This document shows positions 55,463-64,000 of a DNA stretch of 64,000 nt, piece by piece. This DNA comes from a virus. Under the pieces are notes generated by a model. The model was not told the DNA's origin, searched no databases, and was given only the letters and a program-made list of their open reading frames with translations. The position numbers and the translations under genes were made by a program. The stretch covers positions 95,684 through 159,683 of the IMG/VR virus record IMGVR_UViG_3300032224_000970. The stretch is one strand, 5' to 3'. The first letter of the stretch is position 1. Every line of letters begins with the position of its first letter.

Positions 55463-55807
55463 AGGGACTCCTGGTCTCGGTCTGTATGCTCGGTTTAACC
55501 CCGACCCTAATTTTTCTCTAAGGGACTCCAGTAGCAATATTGGTTTTCTCTAAGGGACTCCCTGTAATCGAAAGGACTATATCATGAAAGAAGTGCGTGT
55601 ATTCAAGACTATTCAATATTGGGTTGATGTTGAGATCGAAGATGATCAAGACGAAACCGATGCAATGGATCTTGCAATGGATATCGATCAGAGTAACTGG
55701 TGCTCCGAGGTAGTTGACGAAGGGGTACTGGAAGACTAGAGGGAGGGGGGGCGTATAATCCTCACTCATTTGAAATTCATGGGTCCCCTTTTCTCTCTAG
55801 GGACTCC
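55463..55807 (+). repeat. four AGGGACTCC direct repeats
   Basis: 55463, 55521, 55553, 55799; three preceded by TTTTCTCT. Confidence 0.75.
55584..55739 (+). CDS. small acidic protein (not in ORF track)
   Basis: AAAGGA SD; MKEVRVFKTIQYWVDVEIEDD... Confidence 0.55.
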   Translation: MKEVRVFKTIQYWVDVEIEDDQDETDAMDLAMDIDQSNWCSEVVDEGVLED

Positions 55808-55828
55808 TGCCGTAAAACTGGAGTTATT

Positions 55829-56092
55829 ATGAACGAACGAATTCGAAAACTTGTTAGACAGGCTGGCTTAGATGATGCCGACTTTCCTATTGAGAATTGG
55901 GATAATGTTCCATTGGCAAAGTTTGCCGAGTTGATTGTTCAGGAATGTGCTGCTCTTGCTAAATCCAAATCTGAACGTATCCAATCAATGGAAACGGATG
56001 ATCGTGGTGACCAGGCACAGATACACTCTCTAGCATGGCAGTTTGAAGAATTTGGATATGAGATAAAGAAACATTTCGGAGTTGAAGTATGA
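55829..56092 (+). CDS. hypothetical protein
   Basis: MNERI...KFAELIVQEC...IKKHFGVE motif. Confidence 0.7.
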   Translation: MNERIRKLVRQAGLDDADFPIENWDNVPLAKFAELIVQECAALAKSKSERIQSMETDDRGDQAQIHSLAWQFEEFGYEIKKHFGVEV

Positions 56093-56280
56093 CACACTAT
56101 ACAAATACCAGTAACCCTGTTGACTTTCCTAAGAACGAATACTATGCCTACCTAGAATCCCTTCGGGATAGTGGAGTAACTAATATGTGGGGTGCTGCGC
56201 CATTCCTGCAGTATGCGTTTAATCTTTCCCATGAGGATGCTAAGAAGATTTTGGTTGATTGGATTAAGAGAAATGGCTAA
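56089..56280 (+). CDS. hypothetical protein
   Basis: YLESLRDSGVTNMWGA motif. Confidence 0.65.
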   Translation: MTHYTNTSNPVDFPKNEYYAYLESLRDSGVTNMWGAAPFLQYAFNLSHEDAKKILVDWIKRNG

Positions 56281-56401
56281 TGTTAAACAAGGAAATAAAA
56301 CTCGTTCTCCTCAATGGTGGAAACACCTAAGAGACTGGAAGAGAGTATTTTGGAAGTCTGAACGACAGGCACAAAAGAAGGATATTAAGAATGAGTCTTG
56401 A
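56273..56401 (+). CDS. small basic protein
   Basis: QWWKHLRDWKRVFWKSER. Confidence 0.55.
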   Translation: MANVKQGNKTRSPQWWKHLRDWKRVFWKSERQAQKKDIKNES

Positions 56402-56741
56402 TGTAGATTTAATGGTGACACAACCTGTATCTGTTTACAGTGGTAACATCACACACAATCTTGGTAAGATGGCTGCAGAGGTTAAGATACCTTACATGGC
56501 TGGAACAGTGACATTGTATACTGTCCTTTGGCGTCCAGAAGAACTTCAGTTTACCAAAGCCACTGAGATTCTTTCTTTATTGCATGATGGTTTGGTTGAA
56601 CTAATATGTTTCCCTGAGAAGTATAAACCTTTCAATCCAGAGAATGGTTGGGGTGATTATGATGGGCTAGTGAACTTTGTTCGAGATTACTATAATGCAT
56701 GTTTGGATAATCCTCAAGCAGAATTGAGAGTGTCAAGATGA
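56391..56741 (+). CDS. hypothetical protein
   Basis: NITHNL...NPENGWG motif. Confidence 0.65.
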   Translation: MSLDVDLMVTQPVSVYSGNITHNLGKMAAEVKIPYMAGTVTLYTVLWRPEELQFTKATEILSLLHDGLVELICFPEKYKPFNPENGWGDYDGLVNFVRDYYNACLDNPQAELRVSR

Positions 56742-56983
56742 GTGGCTGGAGAAAACGACAAATACAAGAAAGGCAACATATGGAATTTACATCAGATGAT
56801 CCAAACTATGGAAGAGTTTACTACTCTATCAATCCCAATATTGACTGGAGTAAGATTTACTACTCAAGCAACAAAGTTGTTAACAATGAACTGATTGATG
56901 AGATGCTTGTTGAAGGTTTCCTTGAGAAAGGTGACTTCACTGAAGCAAATGAAATCATCGATAGGATTCGTAATGTCCGATGA
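56738..56983 (+). CDS. hypothetical protein
   Basis: ATGA overlap. Confidence 0.5.
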   Translation: MSGWRKRQIQERQHMEFTSDDPNYGRVYYSINPNIDWSKIYYSSNKVVNNELIDEMLVEGFLEKGDFTEANEIIDRIRNVR

Positions 56984-57128
56984 AGAAATCTTGCAAAGGT
57001 ATGAAGAGTTTTTGAAGTACTATGATGGCAACGTGCCAAATATGGAACAGGAACCAATTCGTTTTGCATACTATGTGCGTAACTGGAAATACTATAAAGA
57101 AAGACTTGACATTAATTCAAAAGTGTAG
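56973..57128 (+). CDS. hypothetical protein
   Basis: EPIRFAYYV motif. Confidence 0.5.
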   Translation: MSDEEILQRYEEFLKYYDGNVPNMEQEPIRFAYYVRNWKYYKERLDINSKV

Positions 57129-57134
57129 TATAAT
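57106..57134 (+). promoter_or_regulatory. consensus sigma70 promoter
   Basis: TTGACA-17-TATAAT. Confidence 0.8.
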
Positions 57135-57153
57135 TAATGTATAGGAGATTATT

Positions 57154-58011
57154 ATGAAAATTGCAATCTGTTCCGATGTCCATCTAGAGTTCGGTCCAAT
57201 CACACTTGAGAATGACAAAGACGCTGACGTACTTGTACTGTCAGGTGATATTTGCACAGCTGTTGATCTTGAAGTGACAGATAGTATTTTGTCCAGTGCG
57301 AAGACTGATCGCTTCCTTGAATTCTTTGATACTTGCAGCAAGAACTTCCCGCAGGTGATTTATGTTATGGGTAACCATGAGCATTACCATGGCGACTATG
57401 CTACTTCGATTCATACGCTGAAAGCAGCACTGAAGCCATATGAAAATATCCATGTTCTTGACAAGGAAGTGTTTGACATTGGCGACTATCGTTTCATCGG
57501 TGGCACTCTTTGGACTGATATGAATGGCGAAAACGAAATGACCATGAATCATGTTAGTCGTCGCATGAATGATTTTCAGATCTGCAGGAATAGCAATCGT
57601 GTTGTCAACTACAGATCTTTTGAAGAAGGTAAAGCAAAGTTTCATGAGAGACCTGCTCACCTAACTCCACAAGATGTAGTTGAAGATCACAAAGCAATGA
57701 TGAAGTTGATTGGGGAAACTTATAATGTAACTCCACCATGGATGACTGTAGTTGTCTGTAGTCATCATGCACCGAGCAAAGGTTCTGAGCATCCTCGTTA
57801 CAAGCATGACAAGTTAATGAATGGTGCTTACAATACTGTGCTCGATCAGTTTATTCTGGATCGTCCAGGCATCAAACTCTGGACACATGGTCATACTCAT
57901 GAAGACTTTGACTATATGGTTGGAAGCACTCGTATTGTGTGCAATCCTCGTGGTTATATCAACTACGAAGAACGTGCAGATCGTTTTGAACTAAAGGTAG
58001 TTGAAGTATGA
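57154..58011 (+). CDS. metallophosphoesterase
   Basis: SDVHLE, GDI, GNHE, HH, HGHTH, NPRGY. Confidence 0.9.
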   Translation: MKIAICSDVHLEFGPITLENDKDADVLVLSGDICTAVDLEVTDSILSSAKTDRFLEFFDTCSKNFPQVIYVMGNHEHYHGDYATSIHTLKAALKPYENIHVLDKEVFDIGDYRFIGGTLWTDMNGENEMTMNHVSRRMNDFQICRNSNRVVNYRSFEEGKAKFHERPAHLTPQDVVEDHKAMMKLIGETYNVTPPWMTVVVCSHHAPSKGSEHPRYKHDKLMNGAYNTVLDQFILDRPGIKLWTHGHTHEDFDYMVGSTRIVCNPRGYINYEERADRFELKVVEV

Positions 58012-58343
58012 GTGAGTATACTCCAGATAAATGGGTAATCATCAAAGTTACTGGGAAAAACCACCCACCTATTCATCGGGTATTTGCCTGTTGGTATGGT
58101 GGGTGGGCTGGTTCAGATTCATGGAAAATAAACAGTGGTATTACTAAAGTAAATGAGAATACTGACTATTTCTTTTTTGATGGATACAGTGGTTCCACCT
58201 ACGCATGCCGTAAAGGTTCTTACGGATTGAATATGTATGGTAACAGTATTTTAATGAACTTGCGTGAACAACTTAAAGCAGTTGATGGAACGATTGATAT
58301 TCTTGATGAAAACACTAATTGGCTGGAGATAAACTATGAGTAA
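58008..58343 (+). CDS. conserved phage protein
   Basis: YTPDKWV...GGWAGSDSWKINSGI. Confidence 0.7.
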   Translation: MSEYTPDKWVIIKVTGKNHPPIHRVFACWYGGWAGSDSWKINSGITKVNENTDYFFFDGYSGSTYACRKGSYGLNMYGNSILMNLREQLKAVDGTIDILDENTNWLEINYE

Positions 58344-58524
58344 AAGTTGGATAATTACACTTGAAGAAGCAGACGATGGTAGCGGAGATTTAGTTCTTCC
58401 TCTTACCGATGAGATTATGGAATCAGCTGGTTGGAAAACTGGTGATGTACTTGAGTGGATTGATAACAAAAATGGTACTTGGACTTTGAGAAAGAAAGAA
58501 GATGACTCCACAGAGCCAGCATGA
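58336..58524 (+). CDS. AbrB/MazE-like small protein
   Basis: GDLVLPL...GWKTGDVLEW. Confidence 0.6.
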   Translation: MSKSWIITLEEADDGSGDLVLPLTDEIMESAGWKTGDVLEWIDNKNGTWTLRKKEDDSTEPA

Positions 58525-58634
58525 TGATGCATTAGAGCACTATATGAAAAGATGTATGGCTCTTGAGACTGAAGTGGAAGAATTGAAGAAATACATTAAA
58601 CAATTATTGTGGATGCTTGAACCAAAGGATTGAT

Positions 58635-58949
58635 ATGCCAAAATTTACACTTACTGGTGAACACACTGACTTACAACAAAACCCAGATGGAACTAAAGTT
58701 TCCTATGAGTTTTATTGTGATTACTTAGATGAAATTATAGAACACATTGAATTGTTCCTTCGTGGTTGTGGGTTTAATCCTACTGGAAAATTAGATTTTG
58801 TTCATGAAGATGAATTCTTCGGTGATGGTCATGATGGTATGGGATCTACACTAGAAGATTATCCAGAACTACACTCTGAGTATTACTATGACACTGATCG
58901 AAATAAACCTGTTCATGAATGGACTGCTGTTCGCAGAGGAGAAGAATAA
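58635..58949 (+). CDS. hypothetical protein
   Basis: FLRGCGF motif. Confidence 0.6.
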   Translation: MPKFTLTGEHTDLQQNPDGTKVSYEFYCDYLDEIIEHIELFLRGCGFNPTGKLDFVHEDEFFGDGHDGMGSTLEDYPELHSEYYYDTDRNKPVHEWTAVRRGEE

Positions 58950-59347
58950 TGAGCAAAGTATTTACTGATGTTGAAGTATTCTTACAAGCATGCGGTCAAC
59001 AAACACCAAAGGAACCAGATGCAAATGTTTCTGAGTTGGCAGAACTCTACAAGAAACTTATCAAAGAAGAAGTAGAAGAATTCTGGGAAGCAGAAGCAGC
59101 GTCTGATGATGCAGAACAACTTGATGCATGCTTCGATATGATCTGGGTTATTGTTGGTTATATGAAAGCACGTGGTTGGAATTGTGCTGCAGCATGGGAC
59201 GAAGGTGCGAAATCAAACCTTTCTAAAATTGATGCTAAGACTGGATTTGTTAATCGTCGTGAAGATGGAAAGATTTTAAAACCTGTTGATTGGCAACCAC
59301 CTAACTTTAAGAAATTTGTAGTAACACCGATTAAGGTAGTAAAATGA
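58949..59347 (+). CDS. MazG/PRA-PH-like nucleotide pyrophosphohydrolase
   Basis: LIKEEVEE, DACFD, SNLSK, REDGKILKP. Confidence 0.8.
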   Translation: MSKVFTDVEVFLQACGQQTPKEPDANVSELAELYKKLIKEEVEEFWEAEAASDDAEQLDACFDMIWVIVGYMKARGWNCAAAWDEGAKSNLSKIDAKTGFVNRREDGKILKPVDWQPPNFKKFVVTPIKVVK

Positions 59348-59844
59348 TTACATTGTATTTGGATATGGATGGTGTCCTTTGTGATTTTGAAAAAGCATAT
59401 CGAAAAATTACAGAGAAGAAAGAGAAAGACCACAAGTACTTTCGTGATGCTGTAATGATTCATAAGATTTTTGAAGACTTGGAATTTATGCCTGATGCAC
59501 AAGAGTTGCTAACGCATGTCTCTAAATTGAATAACATTCATGTGGAGATTTTAACTTCGATGGGTACGCACGAACCATTCCAAGCCAATGCTGCAAAAAC
59601 ACAAAAGTTACATTGGTTGAATAAACATAACATTCCATACAAAGCGAATTTTGTTCACAGCAAGGAAGAGAAGGCTAAGTATGCTACACCAACTTCAATA
59701 TTGATTGACGATTCTCCTGGATGTGTTGGTCCATTCGAACGTAAAGGTGGTCATGGTATTTTACATACTTCCTCTGCAACAACTATTCCAATTTTAGATA
59801 ATACTATTTTACAAATCGCTGCACTTGATGCGCTTAGGAGTTAA
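59344..59844 (+). CDS. HAD 5'(3')-deoxyribonucleotidase-like
   Basis: LDMDGVLCDF, LTS, K, LIDD. Confidence 0.82.
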   Translation: MITLYLDMDGVLCDFEKAYRKITEKKEKDHKYFRDAVMIHKIFEDLEFMPDAQELLTHVSKLNNIHVEILTSMGTHEPFQANAAKTQKLHWLNKHNIPYKANFVHSKEEKAKYATPTSILIDDSPGCVGPFERKGGHGILHTSSATTIPILDNTILQIAALDALRS

Positions 59845-60130
59845 TTTGTTAGACTTGTTTAAACCAACCTTTGATTGGATTCGTGATGACTGGCGTAGTA
59901 ATAAGTTTCGTTTTGTTATTGAGTTGCTTGCTTGGGCTATTAGTATTGGTTGCTCAATTACGATGGCTATCACTGTACCCAACCCTCCGCTACTCGCTTT
60001 ATATCCTGTCTGGATCTCTGGTTGTGCTATGTATGCTTGGGCTGCTCATACTAGGAAATCATTTGGCATGCTGGCTAACTACCTCTTGTTGGTAAGTATT
60101 GATTGTGTTGGTCTGTGGAGAATGTTATGA
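59825..60130 (+). CDS. membrane protein
   Basis: three TMs; start uncertain. Confidence 0.55.
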   Translation: MMRLGVNLLDLFKPTFDWIRDDWRSNKFRFVIELLAWAISIGCSITMAITVPNPPLLALYPVWISGCAMYAWAAHTRKSFGMLANYLLLVSIDCVGLWRML

Positions 60131-60759
60131 GTTTGAATATTTTTAATAATTATGGATTTGTTGAACACAATTTTACTGATAAAGAGTTAGAATCACTTCG
60201 TGCAGAAATTGCAGAGATTCAATCAGACTTTGACATGTATCAACCACAGCAGTGGAACACTCGTTTGAGTGGTAATTTAAAAAGAGAATTTGCTTTACCC
60301 AAGTCCTTAAAACATATGGAAGGTTTGATACTACCACATGTTGAAGAGTACTGCGAATTTTTTAATTTTCTGAAAGACTCATTCCTTACAAGAGAAGAAG
60401 TAGAGTTTAGTTTAAATTCACTGTGGGTTAATTTTCAAGCAAAGAATGAATTCAATCCTTTACACAATCATGATGGATTTATGTCCTTTGTTATTTACAC
60501 AAAGGTTCCATTTAATATGAAGGATGAACTAGCAGCGTCGCCAGGAATAAATTCGAACAACAATGTTCCAGGACATTTTCAGTTTTCCTATACGGGAATC
60601 CTCGGTGGCATCAGCAATCATTATGTGCCTGTTGATAGAAGTTATGAAAACACAATGATGCTGTTTCCTGCAAAATTAATGCACTGTGTATATCCTTTCT
60701 TCACATCTGATGAATATCGCATCAGTGTTGCTGGTAATGTTTATTGCGAGAGAAAATAA
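60127..60759 (+). CDS. 2OG-Fe(II) oxygenase
   Basis: WVNFQ...NPLHNH, FPAKLMHCVYPF, RISVAGN. Confidence 0.85.
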   Translation: MSLNIFNNYGFVEHNFTDKELESLRAEIAEIQSDFDMYQPQQWNTRLSGNLKREFALPKSLKHMEGLILPHVEEYCEFFNFLKDSFLTREEVEFSLNSLWVNFQAKNEFNPLHNHDGFMSFVIYTKVPFNMKDELAASPGINSNNNVPGHFQFSYTGILGGISNHYVPVDRSYENTMMLFPAKLMHCVYPFFTSDEYRISVAGNVYCERK

Positions 60760-61010
60760 TGACATTAAGTACACAAACATTTACTGGTGTAATACCAGCA
60801 GTTCCATATATTACGCCACCTCCACCACCCGCACCTCAATTTACATTTCCTGAACCAATCAGTTATGAGTTTCAGGTGGTTGAAGATGTGAAAGAAAATA
60901 AAATTACAAAAGTTAAATTACAGGTTCGTAAAAGCACCCATGACCAATATGGTAATCTTAAAATTACTGGGATATGGGAAGATGTTCCACGTATACAGGT
61001 GAATGTATGA
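60759..61010 (+). CDS. hypothetical protein
   Basis: TAATG-coupled. Confidence 0.5.
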   Translation: MTLSTQTFTGVIPAVPYITPPPPPAPQFTFPEPISYEFQVVEDVKENKITKVKLQVRKSTHDQYGNLKITGIWEDVPRIQVNV

Positions 61011-61543
61011 ATATATTTTATCTACACAACGATCCAAAAATTTGTGCAGAAATGCATGTCGATAAACACTGCGTAAAGATGATACTAGAATATGCACAAC
61101 TACTCTCAACTGCTCATCGTGTTCTTGACGGCACTCTTATCGACCGCCTCAGTCCTTCTGGTCGTAAACAAAAAGCATATGTACTTGCCGATTACCGTGA
61201 GTCCGCTCTTTACTCTGCTACTCATATCAATCACCCATCGGCAGTTTGGGTAAGACAGTCTGATGCCAATTATGTTTGGCTTTATCGAATGTTCGGCGCA
61301 TTGATGGACGAATATTCGTATCGTTATGGTAAAACGCATGCGTGTGAAAAACTTGCCGATGCGTTGAGTTATCGCCCAAAGAATATCACGAAAGGTGAAT
61401 TCACTGAACCAACACCTGCGATGCCAGATAATTACAAAGTTGCTGGCGATTCTATTCAGTCTTACAAGAACTATTACCTTGGTGATAAGCAGAGAATGTT
61501 TTCTTGGAAGAACAGAGAAGTGCCTTCTTTTATCGCTAAATAA
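61007..61543 (+). CDS. pyrimidine-dimer glycosylase-like protein
   Basis: MNIFYL...DKHCVKMILEYAQLLSTAH...HINHPSAVW. Confidence 0.75.
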   Translation: MNIFYLHNDPKICAEMHVDKHCVKMILEYAQLLSTAHRVLDGTLIDRLSPSGRKQKAYVLADYRESALYSATHINHPSAVWVRQSDANYVWLYRMFGALMDEYSYRYGKTHACEKLADALSYRPKNITKGEFTEPTPAMPDNYKVAGDSIQSYKNYYLGDKQRMFSWKNREVPSFIAK

Positions 61544-61557
61544 AAAGAGGAGACATT

Positions 61558-61806
61558 ATGCCAACATATAGATTTAGAAATAAAGAAACTAACGAGATTT
61601 TTGATGTTATTATGAGAATGTCAGAGTACGATCAGTACAAAGAAACAAATCCAACTCATGAAAGATATCACGACACACCTATTCCTATGGGCGATCCTGT
61701 TCGTTTGGGTGTGCGCAAAAAAGATTCAGGATTTAAGGAGGTCTTGCAGAAAATACACGAACGTAGCCCAGGAAGCACACTCAATAAAGGATCTGTTCAA
61801 CTATAA
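61558..61806 (+). CDS. FmdB-like small protein
   Basis: MPTYRF...GFKEVLQKIH; GAGGAG SD. Confidence 0.65.
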   Translation: MPTYRFRNKETNEIFDVIMRMSEYDQYKETNPTHERYHDTPIPMGDPVRLGVRKKDSGFKEVLQKIHERSPGSTLNKGSVQL

Positions 61807-61816
61807 GGAATAATAA

Positions 61817-62584
61817 ATGGCACGCACCTCAGCAGCTAAGAAAATAATAGATATTAATGAAGAGCGTGAGACTAAACCAGTTGCTAGTAATCAACTAAAA
61901 CTCAGATTAGATAACCTAAGAACTTTTCAACCATTAACAGAAAATCAAAAAATCTTTTTTGACGCATATAGACAGGGTGATTATTTTATAGCATTACATG
62001 GCGTCGCAGGTACTGGTAAGACTTTCATTGCACTATACAAAGCAATCGAAGAAGTACTTGATAAATCAAATCCATTTAATAAAATTATTGTAGTTCGTTC
62101 TGCAGTACAGTCACGTGAGATCGGACATCTTCCTGGAGATGTTGGTGAGAAGATGGAAATTTATGAACAACCATATCGTCAAATCTGCCATCAGTTATTT
62201 GATCGCAAAGACGCATGGGATAGATTAGAAGAACAGGGTTACGTAACTTTTATCTCTACTTCTTTTATTCGTGGTATGTCTTTTGATAATGCAATTATTA
62301 TTGTCGATGAGATGCAGAATTTAACATATGATGAAATCGATACAGTTATGACACGTGTTGGTCACATGTCCAAGATTATTTGGTGTGGAGACTATCGTCA
62401 AACTGATCTAAATAAACGTAAGAACGATGTTACAGGTATCTTGAAATTTTTTGATATTGCTCAGCATATGAAAGCATTTACTCGTATTGAATTTACCGTA
62501 GATGATATTGTTCGTTCATCATTGGTCAAAGATTATATCTTGGCTAAATTAAAGTACGAAGATTACGAGGATAACAGAAGATGA
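61817..62584 (+). CDS. phoH: PhoH-family ATPase
   Basis: GVAGTGKT, GHLPG, RG, DEMQN, GDYRQ, DIVRS. Confidence 0.93.
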   Translation: MARTSAAKKIIDINEERETKPVASNQLKLRLDNLRTFQPLTENQKIFFDAYRQGDYFIALHGVAGTGKTFIALYKAIEEVLDKSNPFNKIIVVRSAVQSREIGHLPGDVGEKMEIYEQPYRQICHQLFDRKDAWDRLEEQGYVTFISTSFIRGMSFDNAIIIVDEMQNLTYDEIDTVMTRVGHMSKIIWCGDYRQTDLNKRKNDVTGILKFFDIAQHMKAFTRIEFTVDDIVRSSLVKDYILAKLKYEDYEDNRR

Positions 62585-63201
62585 TTACAGCAGAACAATT
62601 TCACACGCTATTCCCACGCAACCCAGACCCAGAGTTATGGGCTGCATCAATGGCAGAAGTATTTCCAACTTATGAGATCAACACACCACAACGTATTGCT
62701 GCATTCCTTGCACAATGTGGTCATGAGTCTGGTGGTTGGACAGTGTTCCAAGAAAACCTAAACTACTCTGCACAGGGTTTACGTAAAGTATTTCCAAAGT
62801 ATTTCCCAAATGATGAGTTGGCAAATGCTTATGCGAAACAGCCAGAGAAGATTGCTAATCGTATCTACGGTAACCGCATGGGTAATGGACCAGAAGAATC
62901 TGGTGATGGATATACATATCGTGGTCGTGGACCAATTCAGTTGACTGGTAAAAGCAACTACACACAATTTGCTAAGGACATGTTTGATGACTGGCAAAAT
63001 CTTTTGGATAACCCAGACTGGGTGACTGAAGACAAAGACTTTGCATTGATGTCAGCTATTTGGTTTTGGAATAAAAACAAACTCAATGTTCAAGCAGATG
63101 CTGGTGACATTAAACTAATGACCAAGAAAATCAATGGTGGTTATATTGGACTTGAAGATCGAATTGCACATTATAATGAAGCAATACACTTACTCACATA
63201 A
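62581..63201 (+). CDS. GH19 endolysin
   Basis: FLAQCGHESG, ENLNYS, YRGRGPIQLTG, INGG..GLEDR. Confidence 0.92.
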   Translation: MITAEQFHTLFPRNPDPELWAASMAEVFPTYEINTPQRIAAFLAQCGHESGGWTVFQENLNYSAQGLRKVFPKYFPNDELANAYAKQPEKIANRIYGNRMGNGPEESGDGYTYRGRGPIQLTGKSNYTQFAKDMFDDWQNLLDNPDWVTEDKDFALMSAIWFWNKNKLNVQADAGDIKLMTKKINGGYIGLEDRIAHYNEAIHLLT

Positions 63202-63216
63202 CTTAGGATAAATAAA

Positions 63217-63333
63217 ATGTTAGACACTCTATTTTGGTTAGCACTTGGCGCATTCGTAGGATGGAATTTTCCACAACCTTTCTGGGCTAAGATTATACAA
63301 GAAAAAATTCAAACACTGATAGCTAAAAAGTAA
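63217..63333 (+). CDS. small membrane peptide (not in ORF track)
   Basis: MLDTLFWLALGAFVGWNFPQPFWAK..., 38 aa, coupled to iscU. Confidence 0.55.
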   Translation: MLDTLFWLALGAFVGWNFPQPFWAKIIQEKIQTLIAKK

Positions 63334-63716
63334 TGGCTTATTCCGACAAAGTTCTTGATCACTATGAGAATCCACGTAATGTGGGTTCTTTAGATAAAGA
63401 CGATCCAACAGTCGGTACTGGTATGGTTGGCGCACCAGCATGTGGTGATGTGATGAAGTTACAGATTAAAGTTGAAGATGGAATTATTACAGATGCAAAA
63501 TTTAAAACATACGGATGTGGATCTGCAATTGCAAGTTCCTCTCTTGTTACCGAGTGGGTTAAAGGCAAGACATTGGAACAAGCAGCAGTTATTAAAAATT
63601 CAGACATTGCTCATGAACTCGCATTACCACCAGTCAAAATCCATTGTAGCATCCTTGCTGAAGATGCCATCAAAGCAGCAATAAACGACTACCAACTAAA
63701 GTGTGCATGCGTATGA
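63333..63716 (+). CDS. iscU: Fe-S cluster scaffold IscU
   Basis: DHYENPRNVG, APACGD, GCGSAIAS, LPPVKIHC. Confidence 0.96.
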   Translation: MAYSDKVLDHYENPRNVGSLDKDDPTVGTGMVGAPACGDVMKLQIKVEDGIITDAKFKTYGCGSAIASSSLVTEWVKGKTLEQAAVIKNSDIAHELALPPVKIHCSILAEDAIKAAINDYQLKCACV

Positions 63717-64000
63717 TTACCGTAACAGAATCCGCAAAGAAACAACTCGATGAAATCCTAATGGATGATGTATCGATGAAATATGTAAGAGCATTTATCA
63801 CTGGTGGTGGATGCTCTGGTTTTAATTATGGGTTTACACTTGAAGCAGATAAAGAAGAAGATGACTTCGTTATTGATAATCTTGTAGTTGATGCCATGAG
63901 TATGCAGTATTTTGACAACGCTACTATAGATTTTACTAGTGATAAATTAAAAGGATCTCAATTTGTTATATCAAACCCAAATGCCAAATCAACTTGTGGA
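63713..64000 (+). CDS. A-type Fe-S carrier (ErpA/IscA), 3'-truncated by window edge
   Basis: GGGCSGFNYGF, VDAMS..Y, NPNAKSTCG. Confidence 0.9.
   Translation, partial: MITVTESAKKQLDEILMDDVSMKYVRAFITGGGCSGFNYGFTLEADKEEDDFVIDNLVVDAMSMQYFDNATIDFTSDKLKGSQFVISNPNAKSTCG

Overview
This window is a segment of a large T4-like (Tevenvirinae-related) lytic myophage genome. It is AT-rich and essentially all genes are on the + strand. IHF sites, rrn-type boxA elements, spanins and IscU/ErpA suggest a proteobacterial host. Order: thioredoxin-uvsX-gp40-gp41; a TET/JBP dioxygenase + beta-glucosyltransferase-like + HAD cassette (putative DNA hypermodification); late internal-head proteins with T4-type capsid-targeting N-termini and repeated EEVELDE linkers, plus Dps; a structural protein; spanins; primase, ThyX, NrdAB; a block of secreted/membrane proteins; early small ORFs, dsbA, rnh, dCMP deaminase; an ~8 kb array of 28 intact tRNAs (all 20 amino acids) plus one truncated tRNA, interleaved with unexplained structured RNAs; more early ORFs, PhoH, GH19 endolysin, IscU and ErpA. 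The top observation is an unannotated 38-codon leaderless leader ORF (43335-43451). It uses all 20 amino acids and 30 different codons in its first 32 codons, and its end overlaps a mutually exclusive antiterminator/terminator pair and a boxA just before the tRNA array. This looks like a pan-tRNA-depletion-sensing attenuator. Second is a protein + ~250-nt RNA module whose loop holds ten phased 7-nt units. All calls are by eye; no database searches were run.
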